From contig JAPLFI010000202.1 of assembly GCA_026390755.1 (NCBI GenBank), forward strand, positions 999 to 64,998: a DNA stretch of 64,000 bases. Direction: 5' to 3'. The notes beneath the pieces were generated by a model. The model saw nothing but the letters and a program-made list of their open reading frames with translations. It was not told where the DNA came from and did not search any database. This DNA comes from Ignavibacteriota bacterium. GTDB lineage: Bacteria > Bacteroidota > Ignavibacteria > Tepidaquicellales > Tepidaquicellaceae. Below are positions 38,677 to 48,921 of the stretch, piece by piece; position 1 is the stretch's first letter; each line of letters starts with the position of its first letter. Made by a program: the position numbers and the translations under genes.

Positions 38677-39834
38677 ATGCTTTCTGATATCAGAATAAAA
38701 TTCAGTTTTTTTTTCCCGCTGATAATAATTTTATTTTTTGGGAATTCTGTTTTGAACGGGCAGGAAAATCCGGAGATTCTTGAACCCGGAATTAATTGTA
38801 TATACGGCATGCAGTTTGACTCTGCAAACATATTCTTTTCTGACTACATTAAAAAAAACCCTTCCGATCCTTCAGGTTATTTTTTCAGTTCGATGATTGA
38901 ATGGTGGAAAATAAATGTGAATAAAAATGATGTGACTTCCGATGACATTTTCCTCAGTAAAGTCAATACAACAATCAAAGTTTGTGATGATTTATTGGAC
39001 GTAAATGAGCGTAATTTCAGAGCGCTATTTTTTAAAGGCGGAGCTCTCGGTTACCGCGGCCTGGTGAGGAGTTTACGGGACAGCTGGCTGCAGGCGGCTG
39101 AAGACGGGAAACAGGCGCTGAATCTTCTGCAGGAAGCACTTGAGATAAAACCTGAAAGTAAAGACGCACTTCTTGGGATAGGAATTTATAATTACTTTGC
39201 AGAATATGTTCCTGAATATTATCCGTTTATCAGACCTCTGATGATAATATTTCCGAAAGGCGACAGGATTAAAGGTCTTATGCAGATAAAAGAAGCTGTA
39301 AACGGAGCGGTTTACGCTAAAACAGAGTCCATGTACATACTGGCATATCTTAACATAACTTATGAAAAAAACTATCAGGAATCTGAATATTATTCAAGAA
39401 AGCTTTATGATAAATATCCCGAAAACCCCGTGTTTGAGAAATATTTATACAGCAGTCTCGTCGGTCTTTCCAGATTTCCGGAAGCACTTGAAGGATGGCT
39501 GAGCATTCTGAAAAAAAACAGAGATAATAAAACTGCTTACGGGAATAAATTTGTACAGAGGGAAGCGCTTTATTACATATCTCTTTGTTTGCTGAAAACC
39601 GAACGTATAAACGAAGCGGAATCATATCTCTTCGAATGTTATGAATTAAACAAGCAAATTGACAGCGAAGCGACTTCATATACCGCTTTTACTAATCTCC
39701 TGCTCGGAATGTTCTATGATATAAAAGGGGACAGAAATAAGGCATCGTACTATTACGATGCAGTGCTTAGTATGAAAAATTTCAGCAATAGCCACGCTGA
39801 AGCGGAAAAACTGAAAAAAAACGGTTACCGGTAG
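38677..39834 (+). CDS. TPR-like secreted protein, unknown function
   Basis: N-terminal hydrophobic signal followed by helical-repeat composition. Confidence 0.5.
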   Translation: MLSDIRIKFSFFFPLIIILFFGNSVLNGQENPEILEPGINCIYGMQFDSANIFFSDYIKKNPSDPSGYFFSSMIEWWKINVNKNDVTSDDIFLSKVNTTIKVCDDLLDVNERNFRALFFKGGALGYRGLVRSLRDSWLQAAEDGKQALNLLQEALEIKPESKDALLGIGIYNYFAEYVPEYYPFIRPLMIIFPKGDRIKGLMQIKEAVNGAVYAKTESMYILAYLNITYEKNYQESEYYSRKLYDKYPENPVFEKYLYSSLVGLSRFPEALEGWLSILKKNRDNKTAYGNKFVQREALYYISLCLLKTERINEAESYLFECYELNKQIDSEATSYTAFTNLLLGMFYDIKGDRNKASYYYDAVLSMKNFSNSHAEAEKLKKNGYR

Positions 39835-39919
39835 GGAAATGCTTAGTTATTGCTTAAATTTAAAGAAATAAGTAATTTACTGTTTATATAATAATAAAAT
39901 TTTAAAAGGGGTAATACTT

Positions 39920-40117
39920 TTGATTAAAGTAGTTGTACAGGACAATGAGTCTTTGGATAAGGCTCTTAAGAGGTTTAAAAAGAAATATGAAAAAGCCGGA
40001 ATTTTGAAAGAGTTCAGAAGAAGGCAGTTTTATACTAAGCCTTCGGTTGACAAAAAAATGGATAAAGAAAGAGCTGTAAGAAAATGCAGAAGGATCATTG
40101 CCGAAGAAAATGTATAA
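39920..40117 (+). CDS. rpsU: 30S ribosomal protein S21
   Basis: 65 aa. SLDKALKRFKKKYEKAGILKEFRRRQFYTKPS. TTG start with an AAGGGG Shine-Dalgarno 8 nt upstream. Confidence 0.9.
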   Translation: MIKVVVQDNESLDKALKRFKKKYEKAGILKEFRRRQFYTKPSVDKKMDKERAVRKCRRIIAEENV

Positions 40118-40255
40118 CTAATTTTTGTTTTGTATAAGGCTCACCGCGCTTAAAGCGCAGTGGGTCTTATTAGTTATAAATGTTTTTTTCTTATCCGAAA
40201 TTTTATTATTTAAAATAACTTTAATCCGAACAATAATTTTCTTGTTTATTTAATA

Positions 40256-40774
40256 ATGGAAAAAACAAAATTACAGGTTTTTATAAAGCCGAGTCAGCTC
40301 TCGCGCAGGATTAAACAGCTTGCCGCCGATATTAATCACGATTACAGGAATAAAATACCCATTTTTATAGGTGTTCTGAACGGTGCCTTTATTTTCATGT
40401 CCGATTTAATCAGGGAAATAGACGTTAAATGTGAAGTTGATTTTCTTAAACTTTCAAGCTATGGTGACAGCAAAATATCTTCAGGCGAGGTTAAGACTAT
40501 AAAAGAACTGAACTGTGACGTAAAGGGAAGGGATGTCATAATTGTTGAAGATATTATTGATTCCGGATTATCTATGAAATACATGCTGTCGCAGATTAAA
40601 AAGCATAAACCGAAATCAGTACGGCTGGCCGCTCTTCTTCATAAGAAAGACGTGGCGAAAATAGATTTCAAAATTGATTATCTCGGTTTTGCGATTGATA
40701 ACAAATTTGTTGTCGGTTACGGGCTTGATTTTGCTCAGAGATACAGGAATTTAAAAGGTATTTATGTGTTATAA
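40256..40774 (+). CDS. hpt: Hypoxanthine phosphoribosyltransferase
   Basis: PRPP motif VIIVEDIIDSGLS. C-terminal FVVGYGLDF. Confidence 0.9.
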   Translation: MEKTKLQVFIKPSQLSRRIKQLAADINHDYRNKIPIFIGVLNGAFIFMSDLIREIDVKCEVDFLKLSSYGDSKISSGEVKTIKELNCDVKGRDVIIVEDIIDSGLSMKYMLSQIKKHKPKSVRLAALLHKKDVAKIDFKIDYLGFAIDNKFVVGYGLDFAQRYRNLKGIYVL

Positions 40775-40794
40775 ATATCAAATGAATTGAAATA

Positions 40795-42831
40795 ATGCCG
40801 GAAAAAGATAATAAGAATAAAAGTAACGAAGAATTCAACTGGAACAAAATATTAAAAATTGTACTCGGATGGAGCGTGATTTTAATAGGTTTTTTTCTGA
40901 TAATGATATATACGAAGAGTTCGGACGGAAAAAACCTTGAAATAACATTTGATCAGTATCAGAAATTCCTTACGGATAAAAAGATAGAATCGGCTGTCAT
41001 AAAGAAAGCGGATAATAACTACGAATTTCTCGGGAAACTGCGCGCGCCGGAAACGCTTCCTATAGGCGGCAGACAGGTGAACGTTGACCGTTTTACACTT
41101 TATCTTCCTTATACGAATACGGACGACGCTTTAATAAAATCCTGGTCGGAAAACATACCCTCTTACACGTTTGAAAAGGATGACGGCGGATGGATAGGAC
41201 CGATACTCGGAGCTTTACCCTGGATTCTGATAATAGTATTCTGGATTTTTATTATGAGGCGTATGCAGAACGGCGGAGGTGGAGCTAAGGGAATATTTTC
41301 TTTCGGCAAATCCAAAGCCAAACTGATGAATGCATCGCAGATGAAAGTAACCTTTGCCGATGTAGCAGGTGCCGATGAAGCCAAGCAGGAATTATCGGAA
41401 ATAATAGATTTCCTGAAGAGCCCGGCAAAATTTCAAAGGCTCGGCGGAAAAATTCCAAGAGGTGTTTTACTGCTCGGTCCTCCGGGAACGGGTAAAACTC
41501 TGCTTGCAAGAGCAGTTGCCGGTGAATCAGGTGTTCCTTTCTTTTCTATAAGCGGCGCTGATTTTGTTGAAATGTTCGTCGGTGTGGGTGCATCGCGTGT
41601 CAGAGACCTTTTTGAACAGGGAAAGAAAAATGCCCCCTGCATAATTTTCATTGATGAAATTGACGCAGTAGGCAGGCATCGCGGCGCGGGACTCGGCGGA
41701 GGACATGATGAGCGTGAACAAACTCTTAATCAACTGCTCATAGAAATGGACGGTTTTGAGCAAAACAGCGGAGTAATTATTATTGCCGCAACTAACAGAC
41801 CCGATATACTCGACCCTGCTCTGCTGAGACCCGGACGGTTTGACCGGCAGGTAGTAGTTGACAGACCTGATGTCAGAGGGAGAGAAGGGATACTTAAAGT
41901 TCATACAAGAAATATTCCGCTTTCAAATGATATTAAAATTGATATACTTGCGAAAGGTACACCCGGTTTTTCCGGTGCCGACCTCGCAAACCTCGTAAAC
42001 GAAGCGGCTTTACTTGCCGCCCGGCGCAATTCCGACAATGTTACAATGAGAGATATGGAGAGCGCTAAAGATAAGGTTATGATGGGAACGGAAAGAAAGA
42101 GTATGATAATATCCGAGAGGGAAAAACGCCTCACTGCATACCATGAAACGGGACATGTACTTGTAGCCAAGCATACACCTGAAGCGGACCCGGTGCATAA
42201 GGTAACTATAATACCGCGCGGACGGGCGCTCGGAGTGACGACATATCTGCCGATTGATGAAAAACATACTTACTCAAAAGAGTATCTTGAAGCCATGATT
42301 ACATACGCAATGGGCGGCAGAGCCGCCGAAAAATTAGTATTCAATGAATATACTACCGGCGCGAGTAATGATATACTGCGCGCTACTTCGCTTGCGCGGA
42401 AAATGGTATGTGAATACGGTATGAGCGAAAAACTTGGACCCATAACGTACGGTAATAAACAGGAAGAAGTATTCCTCGGTAAAGAACTGCATGAGCATAA
42501 GAATTTCAGTGAAACAACTCAGATAATTATTGACGACGAAATAAAGAAAATTGTGCAATCGTGTATGGACAGGTCTGTCAGAATCCTCACTGAAAATATG
42601 GACGAACTTCACAGAGTATCACTCGTACTTCTCGAAAGGGAAATTCTGGACTCGGATGAAATTGACAAGGTAATGAGGGGTGAAACCCTTCCTCCTGTCA
42701 TAAAAGAAGAAGTGTTTGAGAGTGTACAGGAAAACGGAAAACCCGAAGGAAAACCCGAAGGAAAACCCGAAAGTAAATTAAAAGATGAAAAGCCGATAAC
42801 CAAAAAAAACCTGAGACGGTTTGAACTCTAA
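40795..42831 (+). CDS. ftsH: ATP-dependent zinc metalloprotease FtsH
   Basis: [21 protein letters not shown], and HETGH zinc site. The C-terminal tail contains [12 protein letters not shown]. Confidence 0.97.
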   Translation: MPEKDNKNKSNEEFNWNKILKIVLGWSVILIGFFLIMIYTKSSDGKNLEITFDQYQKFLTDKKIESAVIKKADNNYEFLGKLRAPETLPIGGRQVNVDRFTLYLPYTNTDDALIKSWSENIPSYTFEKDDGGWIGPILGALPWILIIVFWIFIMRRMQNGGGGAKGIFSFGKSKAKLMNASQMKVTFADVAGADEAKQELSEIIDFLKSPAKFQRLGGKIPRGVLLLGPPGTGKTLLARAVAGESGVPFFSISGADFVEMFVGVGASRVRDLFEQGKKNAPCIIFIDEIDAVGRHRGAGLGGGHDEREQTLNQLLIEMDGFEQNSGVIIIAATNRPDILDPALLRPGRFDRQVVVDRPDVRGREGILKVHTRNIPLSNDIKIDILAKGTPGFSGADLANLVNEAALLAARRNSDNVTMRDMESAKDKVMMGTERKSMIISEREKRLTAYHETGHVLVAKHTPEADPVHKVTIIPRGRALGVTTYLPIDEKHTYSKEYLEAMITYAMGGRAAEKLVFNEYTTGASNDILRATSLARKMVCEYGMSEKLGPITYGNKQEEVFLGKELHEHKNFSETTQIIIDDEIKKIVQSCMDRSVRILTENMDELHRVSLVLLEREILDSDEIDKVMRGETLPPVIKEEVFESVQENGKPEGKPEGKPESKLKDEKPITKKNLRRFEL

Positions 42832-42849
42832 TAAAATATTTTTCGAAAA

Positions 42850-42876
42850 AAGGCGAGTTCAGGCTCGCTTTTTTAT
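42850..42876 (+). terminator. ftsH terminator
   Basis: GGCGAG-TTCAGG-CTCGC hairpin followed by TTTTTT. Confidence 0.65.
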
Positions 42877-42886
42877 TTAATTAATT

Positions 42887-43513
42887 TTGAACAAAGATTC
42901 ACAAAAATTGAGTCTCAAATATGAACTGCTGAGAAAAAGCATTCATATTATTTCAACATTTATTCCTGTTCTGTATTATCAAACGAATAAAGAGTTTATG
43001 CTTATCTTTATCGGAGCGGGGACATTATTTATGATATTAATTGATATTCTGAAAAGATATATACCTTTTGTGTCAAGGTTATACAGAGGGATTTTCGGAA
43101 AAATACTCCGTGAAGATGAATCTGATTTCAGTTCAACATTATTTACAGGCGGAACCTGGTACGCGCTGGGAATATTTCTTGCGTTATTATTATTTTCACG
43201 TGAAACGGCAGTTGCATCAATTTTAATAATGATTTGGAGTGATTCATTCGCGGCAATTATAGGCAGGAATTTCGGAAAACACAAAATTGGGAACAAGACT
43301 CTCGAAGGTTCATTCGCTTTTATATTTATTGGCATGGTTATTATATTAATCGTTCCCGGTTTAACCGTAACAAAACCGGCTTTAATTTGCGCGTCGTCGG
43401 CAGTTATACTCACTGCCGTGTTCGAACTTTTACCTCTCAGAGTTAATGATAACTTAACCTTGCCTCTGTTTTTCGGTTTTACTTTCAATTTTTTATTAAA
43501 ATTAACAATATAA
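42887..43513 (+). CDS. Dolichol/polyprenol/diacylglycerol kinase-family (CTP-dependent, SEC59/VTE5-like) membrane protein
   Basis: 208 aa, multi-TM. N-terminal ELLRKSIHI.. and ..[14 protein letters not shown] motif. TTG start. Confidence 0.55.
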   Translation: MNKDSQKLSLKYELLRKSIHIISTFIPVLYYQTNKEFMLIFIGAGTLFMILIDILKRYIPFVSRLYRGIFGKILREDESDFSSTLFTGGTWYALGIFLALLLFSRETAVASILIMIWSDSFAAIIGRNFGKHKIGNKTLEGSFAFIFIGMVIILIVPGLTVTKPALICASSAVILTAVFELLPLRVNDNLTLPLFFGFTFNFLLKLTI

Positions 43514-43520
43514 ACAAATC

Positions 43521-44650
43521 ATGGCATTAAGATGCGGTATAGCAGGGCTTCCGAATGTGGGTAAGTCAACATTATTTAACGCTCTGACTGAATCACAAAC
43601 AGCCGAAGCTTCAAATTATCCGTTTTGTACAATTGAACCTAACATCGGTACAATAATTGTGCCTGACGAAAGGCTGTATAAATTGTGCCTGACGAAAGGC
43701 TGTATAAACTTGCGGAAATTTATAATCCAAAGAAAATTACTCCGAGCACCGTGGAGTTTGTTGATATAGCGGGACTCGTCAGGGGAGCCTCAAAGGGTGA
43801 AGGGCTGGGAAATCAGTTCCTGTCGCATATACGTGAAGTTGAAGCCATTATTCATATTGTAAGATGCTTTGACGATGAAAATGTAGTTCATGTTGAAAAT
43901 AAGATTGACCCCGCAAGTGATATAGAGATAGTCGAAACAGAACTGATACTTAAAGACCTTGATACTATTGAGAGCAGGCTTGATAAATCACTGAAAAATA
44001 TAAAAGCAGGCGATAAGAAATCCCTGATAGAAAGAGAAGTTCTGATTGGATTAAAGGAACATCTCTCAGCCTCGAGACTTGCCAAATATTATACTGATAC
44101 ACTTTCCTTTGACAGGAAGTTAATTATACGTGAATTACAGCTGTTGACCGATAAACCGGTTCTTTATATTGCGAACGTTGACGAAGCGAACGTCGGAGGT
44201 AATGAATACACTAAGGCAGTCGGCGAAATTGCGGCTAAAGAAAATGCGAAATTTCTCATACTTTCCGTTAAAATTGAATCTGAAATTGCCGCGCTTGAAA
44301 CCATAGAAGAACGAAAAGAATTCCTGAATGATTTAGGACTGCATGAATCGGGACTCACGAGACTTATTCACGAAAGCTATATACTTTTAAATTTAATGAC
44401 CTTTTTAACGGCAGGGGATAAGGAAGTTCATTCATGGACGATTGATAAAGGATTAAAAGCCCCGCAAGCCGCAGGAAAGATACATACAGACTTCGAGAAA
44501 GGGTTTATCAGGGCGGAAGTTATAAAATACAAAGATCTTATTGAACTGGGTTCAGAGCAGGCAGTCAGGGAAAAAGGGCTTCTCCGAATTGAAGGCAAGG
44601 ATTATATAATGGAAGACGGAGATATAGTTTTCTTCAGATTCAATATCTGA
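43521..44650 (+). pseudogene. ychF: Ribosome-binding ATPase YchF, reading frame broken by a 26-bp tandem duplication
   Basis: The N-terminal ORF (43521-43769) holds the G1 motif GLPNVGKST. The C-terminal ORF (43685-44650) holds the rest of YchF. Removing one 26-bp copy gives a continuous 1104-nt (367-aa) gene reading ..[18 protein letters not shown]... Confidence 0.85.
43655..43706 (+). repeat. Perfect 26-bp direct tandem duplication inside ychF
   Basis: AATTGTGCCTGACGAAAGGCTGTATA occurs at 43655-43680 and again at 43681-43706. Confidence 0.95.
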
Positions 44651-44659
44651 AGAGATTTT

Positions 44660-46771
44660 TTACATCAAAAGATTCAGTCCGTTAAACGTAATAAAAGCCA
44701 GCATGTAAGCTAAAATACTGTATGCGGCAAGCTGTATTATAGGAATTCTCCATCCGCCGGTTTCTTTTCTTGTAACGGCTAATGTTGAAATACACTGCAG
44801 GGCGAAAACAAAAAAAACAATCAATCCAATTATTGCAGGGAATGTAAACAGCTTTTTCCCGCCAGTTCCGGTTTCTGCTGTATGCATAGCGTTAACAAGG
44901 CTTTCCCGCGTATTACCTTCGTTTTCAGTAACTTTAAATATCAGCGCAAGAGAGCTGACAAAAACCTCCCTTGCCGCAAAAGTTGCAATAAGTGAAACTC
45001 CGACTCTCCAGTCGAGACCTATAGGTTTCATCAAAGGTTCAATGATTTTACCAAAGGAAGCCGCGTATGAATTTGAAATACGTTCAGAAGATTTCAGGAA
45101 AGAAATTTGCTCTGTTGACAGACCTTCAGTAACTTTAAATTGGGGGTCAGGATTTGGAAAATAAGTGAATATCCAGAGAACGACCGAAAAAGACAGAATT
45201 ATCGGTCCTGCTTTTTTGACGTATTGCCATGAATTATCGAGAGTTGACTTAAATACAAATCCGAACTGAGGAATTCTGTAAACCGGCAATTCCATAATAA
45301 ATGAAGAATTATCTTCGACTTTAATAAAACTGCTTCTGTATTTGTTTATAAATCCAGCGACAACTAAAGAAGACAATATACCAAAAAGGTAAATTGCAGC
45401 GAGAGTAATCCCACTGTAAAAATGTTCATCGCCGAAAAGGTAACTAACAAGAAGTCCGTACACCGGTAATCTGGCGCTGCAGCTCATAAGCGGTATGATA
45501 AAAATTGTAATATATCTTTCACGTTTGTTTTGAATCGTCCGTGCCGCCATAATTGCAGGAATAGCGCATGCAAACCCGGAAAGCATAGGAGCGAAAGAGC
45601 GGCCGTTGAGTCCGATTTTAGATAATGGTTTATCAATAAGCATTGCCCCGCGCGCGAGATATCCGCTGTCTTCAAGGACACCAAGTATAAAGAACAAAAT
45701 AACAATTTGCGGAAGGAATACAAGAACCCCCCCGGTACCTCCGATAATACCGTTCGAGATGAAATCCGAAAACCATGAATCACCTGCCGCATCGGTAAAA
45801 TAATCAGCCGAGTATCTGAAGATAAAATCAATCAGATTCATAACGGGACTGGCGAGCCAGAATATTGAAGTAAATGTAAACGCCATAATACACAGAAATA
45901 TAACAATACCCCAGTATTTATGAAGCATGAAACTATCAATCTTTAAAGTTGTACGGTCGGGTTTATTAAGTCCCTTTCTATCATAACCTGCAATTACAAG
46001 GGATTTGTTCGCGTTTGTAATGTCCGGTGTTAATCCGGAAGAATTATCATATTTTATTATTACATTTTCAGAAATCCTTTCAATTCGTCTGAAAAGATTT
46101 ATCAGATTTACTTCTTTCAGTTCGGGTCCCGGAGCAGTAACGATAATATCCGGAATATCAGGATTGTTTAAATGATAATTAATCAGTACCGAAAGTTCTT
46201 CTTTACCGTAACCGCTTATGCCGTCAAAAAAAACTGCATCACATCCGGTCAAACTCCTGATTTCGGCAAGTTCAATATCATACCCTTTTTGATTAAGTAT
46301 ATCACGCATTGTTATCACGAGAATAACATTAACGCCGGTATCCTTGAGCTGAAGCGCCGGCAGAAGATGCCTTGATAACTGTGAGGCATCAAGAGTAACA
46401 ACAAATAAATCCGGTGTTCCGAAAATCTTGTGCCGGAAAAGATTTTCGATTGTAACTTTTTCATCTGGAGAAGAAGGGATAAGGCTGATTATTCCGGGTG
46501 AATCGAGAATTTTGGAATTAACGGAAAAACATTCAAGAAAATCTGCATAAGAATATTCTACCGTTGCGCCCGGATAATTCACAGTCCTGGATTTTCTTCC
46601 GCTGAGATGATTGAAAAGAGTTGTTTTACCCGAGTTGGGAGAACCTACAAGAGTAATAAGCGATTTACTATGCAGTTTACTTTGCGGTGTACTATTCGAT
46701 TTACCATGCAGTGTATTCTTATTCTTCGCCGTCAAGCTCAATACACTTTGCATCGGTCTTCCTGATCGCAA
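44660..46771 (-). CDS. feoB: Ferrous iron transporter FeoB
   Basis: G-domain GSPNSGKTTLFN plus a polytopic membrane domain. The start overlaps the feoA 3' end. The Met at 46753 is an alternative start. Confidence 0.95.
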   Translation of the reverse strand: MRSGRPMQSVLSLTAKNKNTLHGKSNSTPQSKLHSKSLITLVGSPNSGKTTLFNHLSGRKSRTVNYPGATVEYSYADFLECFSVNSKILDSPGIISLIPSSPDEKVTIENLFRHKIFGTPDLFVVTLDASQLSRHLLPALQLKDTGVNVILVITMRDILNQKGYDIELAEIRSLTGCDAVFFDGISGYGKEELSVLINYHLNNPDIPDIIVTAPGPELKEVNLINLFRRIERISENVIIKYDNSSGLTPDITNANKSLVIAGYDRKGLNKPDRTTLKIDSFMLHKYWGIVIFLCIMAFTFTSIFWLASPVMNLIDFIFRYSADYFTDAAGDSWFSDFISNGIIGGTGGVLVFLPQIVILFFILGVLEDSGYLARGAMLIDKPLSKIGLNGRSFAPMLSGFACAIPAIMAARTIQNKRERYITIFIIPLMSCSARLPVYGLLVSYLFGDEHFYSGITLAAIYLFGILSSLVVAGFINKYRSSFIKVEDNSSFIMELPVYRIPQFGFVFKSTLDNSWQYVKKAGPIILSFSVVLWIFTYFPNPDPQFKVTEGLSTEQISFLKSSERISNSYAASFGKIIEPLMKPIGLDWRVGVSLIATFAAREVFVSSLALIFKVTENEGNTRESLVNAMHTAETGTGGKKLFTFPAIIGLIVFFVFALQCISTLAVTRKETGGWRIPIIQLAAYSILAYMLAFITFNGLNLLM

Positions 46772-46946
46772 TCAGTGTGCCGCGAAGGGAAACGGACAGA
46801 GGGTCTCCAAGAAAAGCTTTGTTCATAATTTCTATCTCCTGCCCCGGAGTGAAACCGTATTCCATAACGCGGAATGACGACGGATGTGTGAAATCTATCG
46901 TTTTTATTCTTGCTTTCCTGCCTGATTTTAAGTCTGCAACTGTCAT
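46719..46946 (-). CDS. feoA: FeoA-family protein
   Basis: 75 aa, SH3-like (..RVMEYGFTPGQEIEI..). Directly upstream of feoB. Confidence 0.85.
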   Translation of the reverse strand: MTVADLKSGRKARIKTIDFTHPSSFRVMEYGFTPGQEIEIMNKAFLGDPLSVSLRGTLIAIRKTDAKCIELDGEE

Positions 46947-46948
46947 TA

Positions 46949-46979
46949 TATCTTATTTAGACTAAATCTAAATAAGATA
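46949..46979. promoter_or_regulatory. Large AT-rich palindrome between fur and feoA (candidate Fur operator)
   Basis: TATCTTATTTAGA-CTAAA-TCTAAATAAGATA with perfect 13-bp arms. It ends 3 bp from the feoA start codon. Confidence 0.5.
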
Positions 46980-46994
46980 CAGGGAATTATCAAG

Positions 46995-47501
46995 TCATAA
47001 TTTCCCGGTGCTCTTGCCCGATTTGATTATATTGCTGTTTGCCCGGGATTTAATTTTACGGCAATTGCAGTGACCGGATTTATAACAAGAGGCAAAAACC
47101 TGCAGACTGTGGTCGAGCAGTTTTAACTCCTTGCCTTTGCAAATTTTATCAAGAGTTTTTCCGATTGAATCATTTTCAAATTCCAGTATCGTATTACAGC
47201 TCAGGCAGATTATATGATAATGGTTTTTTCTTCCGTATTTAGTTTCATATCTCGCCCTGTCTCCTTTAAAATTGTGCTTGGTCAGTATATTACAGCCGTT
47301 CATCAGCTCGAGCGTATTATAAACAGTAGCGCGCGAAACCCTGATATAATCACCCGACATTTTAATGTAAAGTTCGTCTGCATCGAAATGACTTTCCATC
47401 GAAAGCGCGGAGTCAAGTATCAGAAATCTCTCATTCGTGATTCTATGACCGTTATCTCTCAGAAACTTTATAAAAAGGTTTTTTATTTCGTCTTTAATCA
47501 T
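46995..47501 (-). CDS. fur: Fur-family transcriptional regulator with Cys/His- and Lys-rich C-terminal tail
   Basis: Winged-helix N-domain (RITNERFLIL..VSRATVYNTLE). Metal sites HYHIICLSCNTILEF. About 30 extra C-terminal residues. Confidence 0.85.
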   Translation of the reverse strand: MIKDEIKNLFIKFLRDNGHRITNERFLILDSALSMESHFDADELYIKMSGDYIRVSRATVYNTLELMNGCNILTKHNFKGDRARYETKYGRKNHYHIICLSCNTILEFENDSIGKTLDKICKGKELKLLDHSLQVFASCYKSGHCNCRKIKSRANSNIIKSGKSTGKL

Positions 47502-47533
47502 AAAAAAAATCCCGGCAGAATAATCTGCCGGGA
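47502..47533 (-). terminator. lat terminator
   Basis: TCCCGGCAGA / TCTGCCGGGA 10-bp stem. On the minus strand it is followed by T8. Confidence 0.75.
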
Positions 47534-47558
47534 ATAAAATAATATATCTATAATTAAT

Positions 47559-48884
47559 TTACAACTTGCTAATAACTTCATCAATAATTCCGATTCCCTC
47601 ATCAATTTTGGTTTTATCAATGGTAATCGGGGGGCGGAACCGTATGGAATTACGTCCGCACCCAAGAATCATTAATCCGTTTTTCATACATTCCTGCGAT
47701 ATTTTATTGCGTGTCTGAGTATCTTTAACATCAAAAGCGCAGAACAGACCGAGACCTCTGCCGTTCGACAGCAAACCCGGATACTTAAAGCACAGTTCCT
47801 GAATTCTCTCCTGCAAATGATTGCCTGTTAACAGGCAGTTTTCAACAAGGTTGTCTTCCTCAATAATTTCAAGAATCTTTTTAAACCTGAACATATCGGT
47901 AATATTTCCGCCCCAGGTTGAATTAATCCTGCTGGGGATTCTGAACACATTATCCTCAATTTCATCAATTCTGTCGGTAGAGAGAACTCCGCAAACCTGA
48001 GTTTTTTTACCGAAGGACATCAAATCCGGTTTAACGTAATACTGATGAGCCCACCATTTTCCTGTCATTGCTATACCGGTTTGCACTTCATCAAAAATTA
48101 ACAGAATATCGTTTTCATCGCATATCTGGCGGAGCTGTATGAAAAATTCCTTGCGAAAATGATTATCTCCGCCTTCTCCCTGAATAACTTCGGTAATAAT
48201 TGCGGCGATATCATCTTTATTTTCCGAGATTGTTTTTTTAATTTCTGAAATTGCCTGTTCCTCCAGCTTGATTACAGCGGCGAGATTTTCATTATTAAGA
48301 GGAAACGTAATTTTCGGATTAGTTACTCTCGGCCAGTCGAACTTCGGAAAAAGGTCAATCTTAACTGGGTCCGTATTCGTAAGAGAAAGACAGTACCCAG
48401 ACCTTCCGTGAAACGATTCTTTGAAATGAATAATCTTGTGACCTTTTTCTTCTTTATAACCTTTCAGGAAGTTTTTCTTGACTTTCCAGTCGAAAGCCGC
48501 TTTGAGGCAGTTTTCAACGGCAAGACTTCCGCCTTCAATAAAAAACGAATACTTAAAATACGAAGGAACTGCTATTCTGAAAAATGTTTTCACAAATTCA
48601 GCCTGTTCCTGAGCGTAAACGTCGGAAAGAGACGGTTTTGATAAGGCAATCCTGCCAATCTGATAAATGAACTCATCATTGTTAAGCTTGGGATGGTTCA
48701 TACCAAGCGGATTTGAGGCTACAAATGTAAAAAAGTCGAGAAACTTTCTGCGGCTTTTGGAATCGTACAGATACGCGCCCTCGGAAGACAGTAAATCGAG
48801 CGTCATGTCAAATCCGTCAACAAGCATGTGTTCACGAAGCGCATTTTGCACGTCTTCCGGTTTAATTCTAAAATTTTCTTTCAT
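47559..48884 (-). CDS. lat: Class-III aminotransferase, L-lysine 6-transaminase-like
   Basis: 441 aa. N-terminus LVDGFDMTLDL..SEGAYLYD, then DEVQTG and the PLP-lysine context SFGKKTQV. Confidence 0.75.
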   Translation of the reverse strand: MKENFRIKPEDVQNALREHMLVDGFDMTLDLLSSEGAYLYDSKSRRKFLDFFTFVASNPLGMNHPKLNNDEFIYQIGRIALSKPSLSDVYAQEQAEFVKTFFRIAVPSYFKYSFFIEGGSLAVENCLKAAFDWKVKKNFLKGYKEEKGHKIIHFKESFHGRSGYCLSLTNTDPVKIDLFPKFDWPRVTNPKITFPLNNENLAAVIKLEEQAISEIKKTISENKDDIAAIITEVIQGEGGDNHFRKEFFIQLRQICDENDILLIFDEVQTGIAMTGKWWAHQYYVKPDLMSFGKKTQVCGVLSTDRIDEIEDNVFRIPSRINSTWGGNITDMFRFKKILEIIEEDNLVENCLLTGNHLQERIQELCFKYPGLLSNGRGLGLFCAFDVKDTQTRNKISQECMKNGLMILGCGRNSIRFRPPITIDKTKIDEGIGIIDEVISKL

Positions 48885-48921
48885 AACAATACTCCGGTTT
48901 AAAAATTTTCTTAAAAATTAG

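Noticed and set aside
41163-42803. Series of minus-strand ORFs (64-125 aa) inside ftsH
   Set aside because: Antisense shadows of a highly conserved gene, with no independent signals.
42979-43488. 169-aa minus-strand ORF opposite the polyprenol-kinase-like gene
   Set aside because: The plus-strand frame gives a coherent multi-TM protein with family motifs. The antisense translation is Ile/Asn/Lys-rich with no features.
43521-44650. Treating 43521-43769 and 43685-44650 as two separate overlapping genes
   Set aside because: Together they form one YchF once a single 26-bp repeat copy is removed. The second ORF's start is a GTG inside the duplicated segment.
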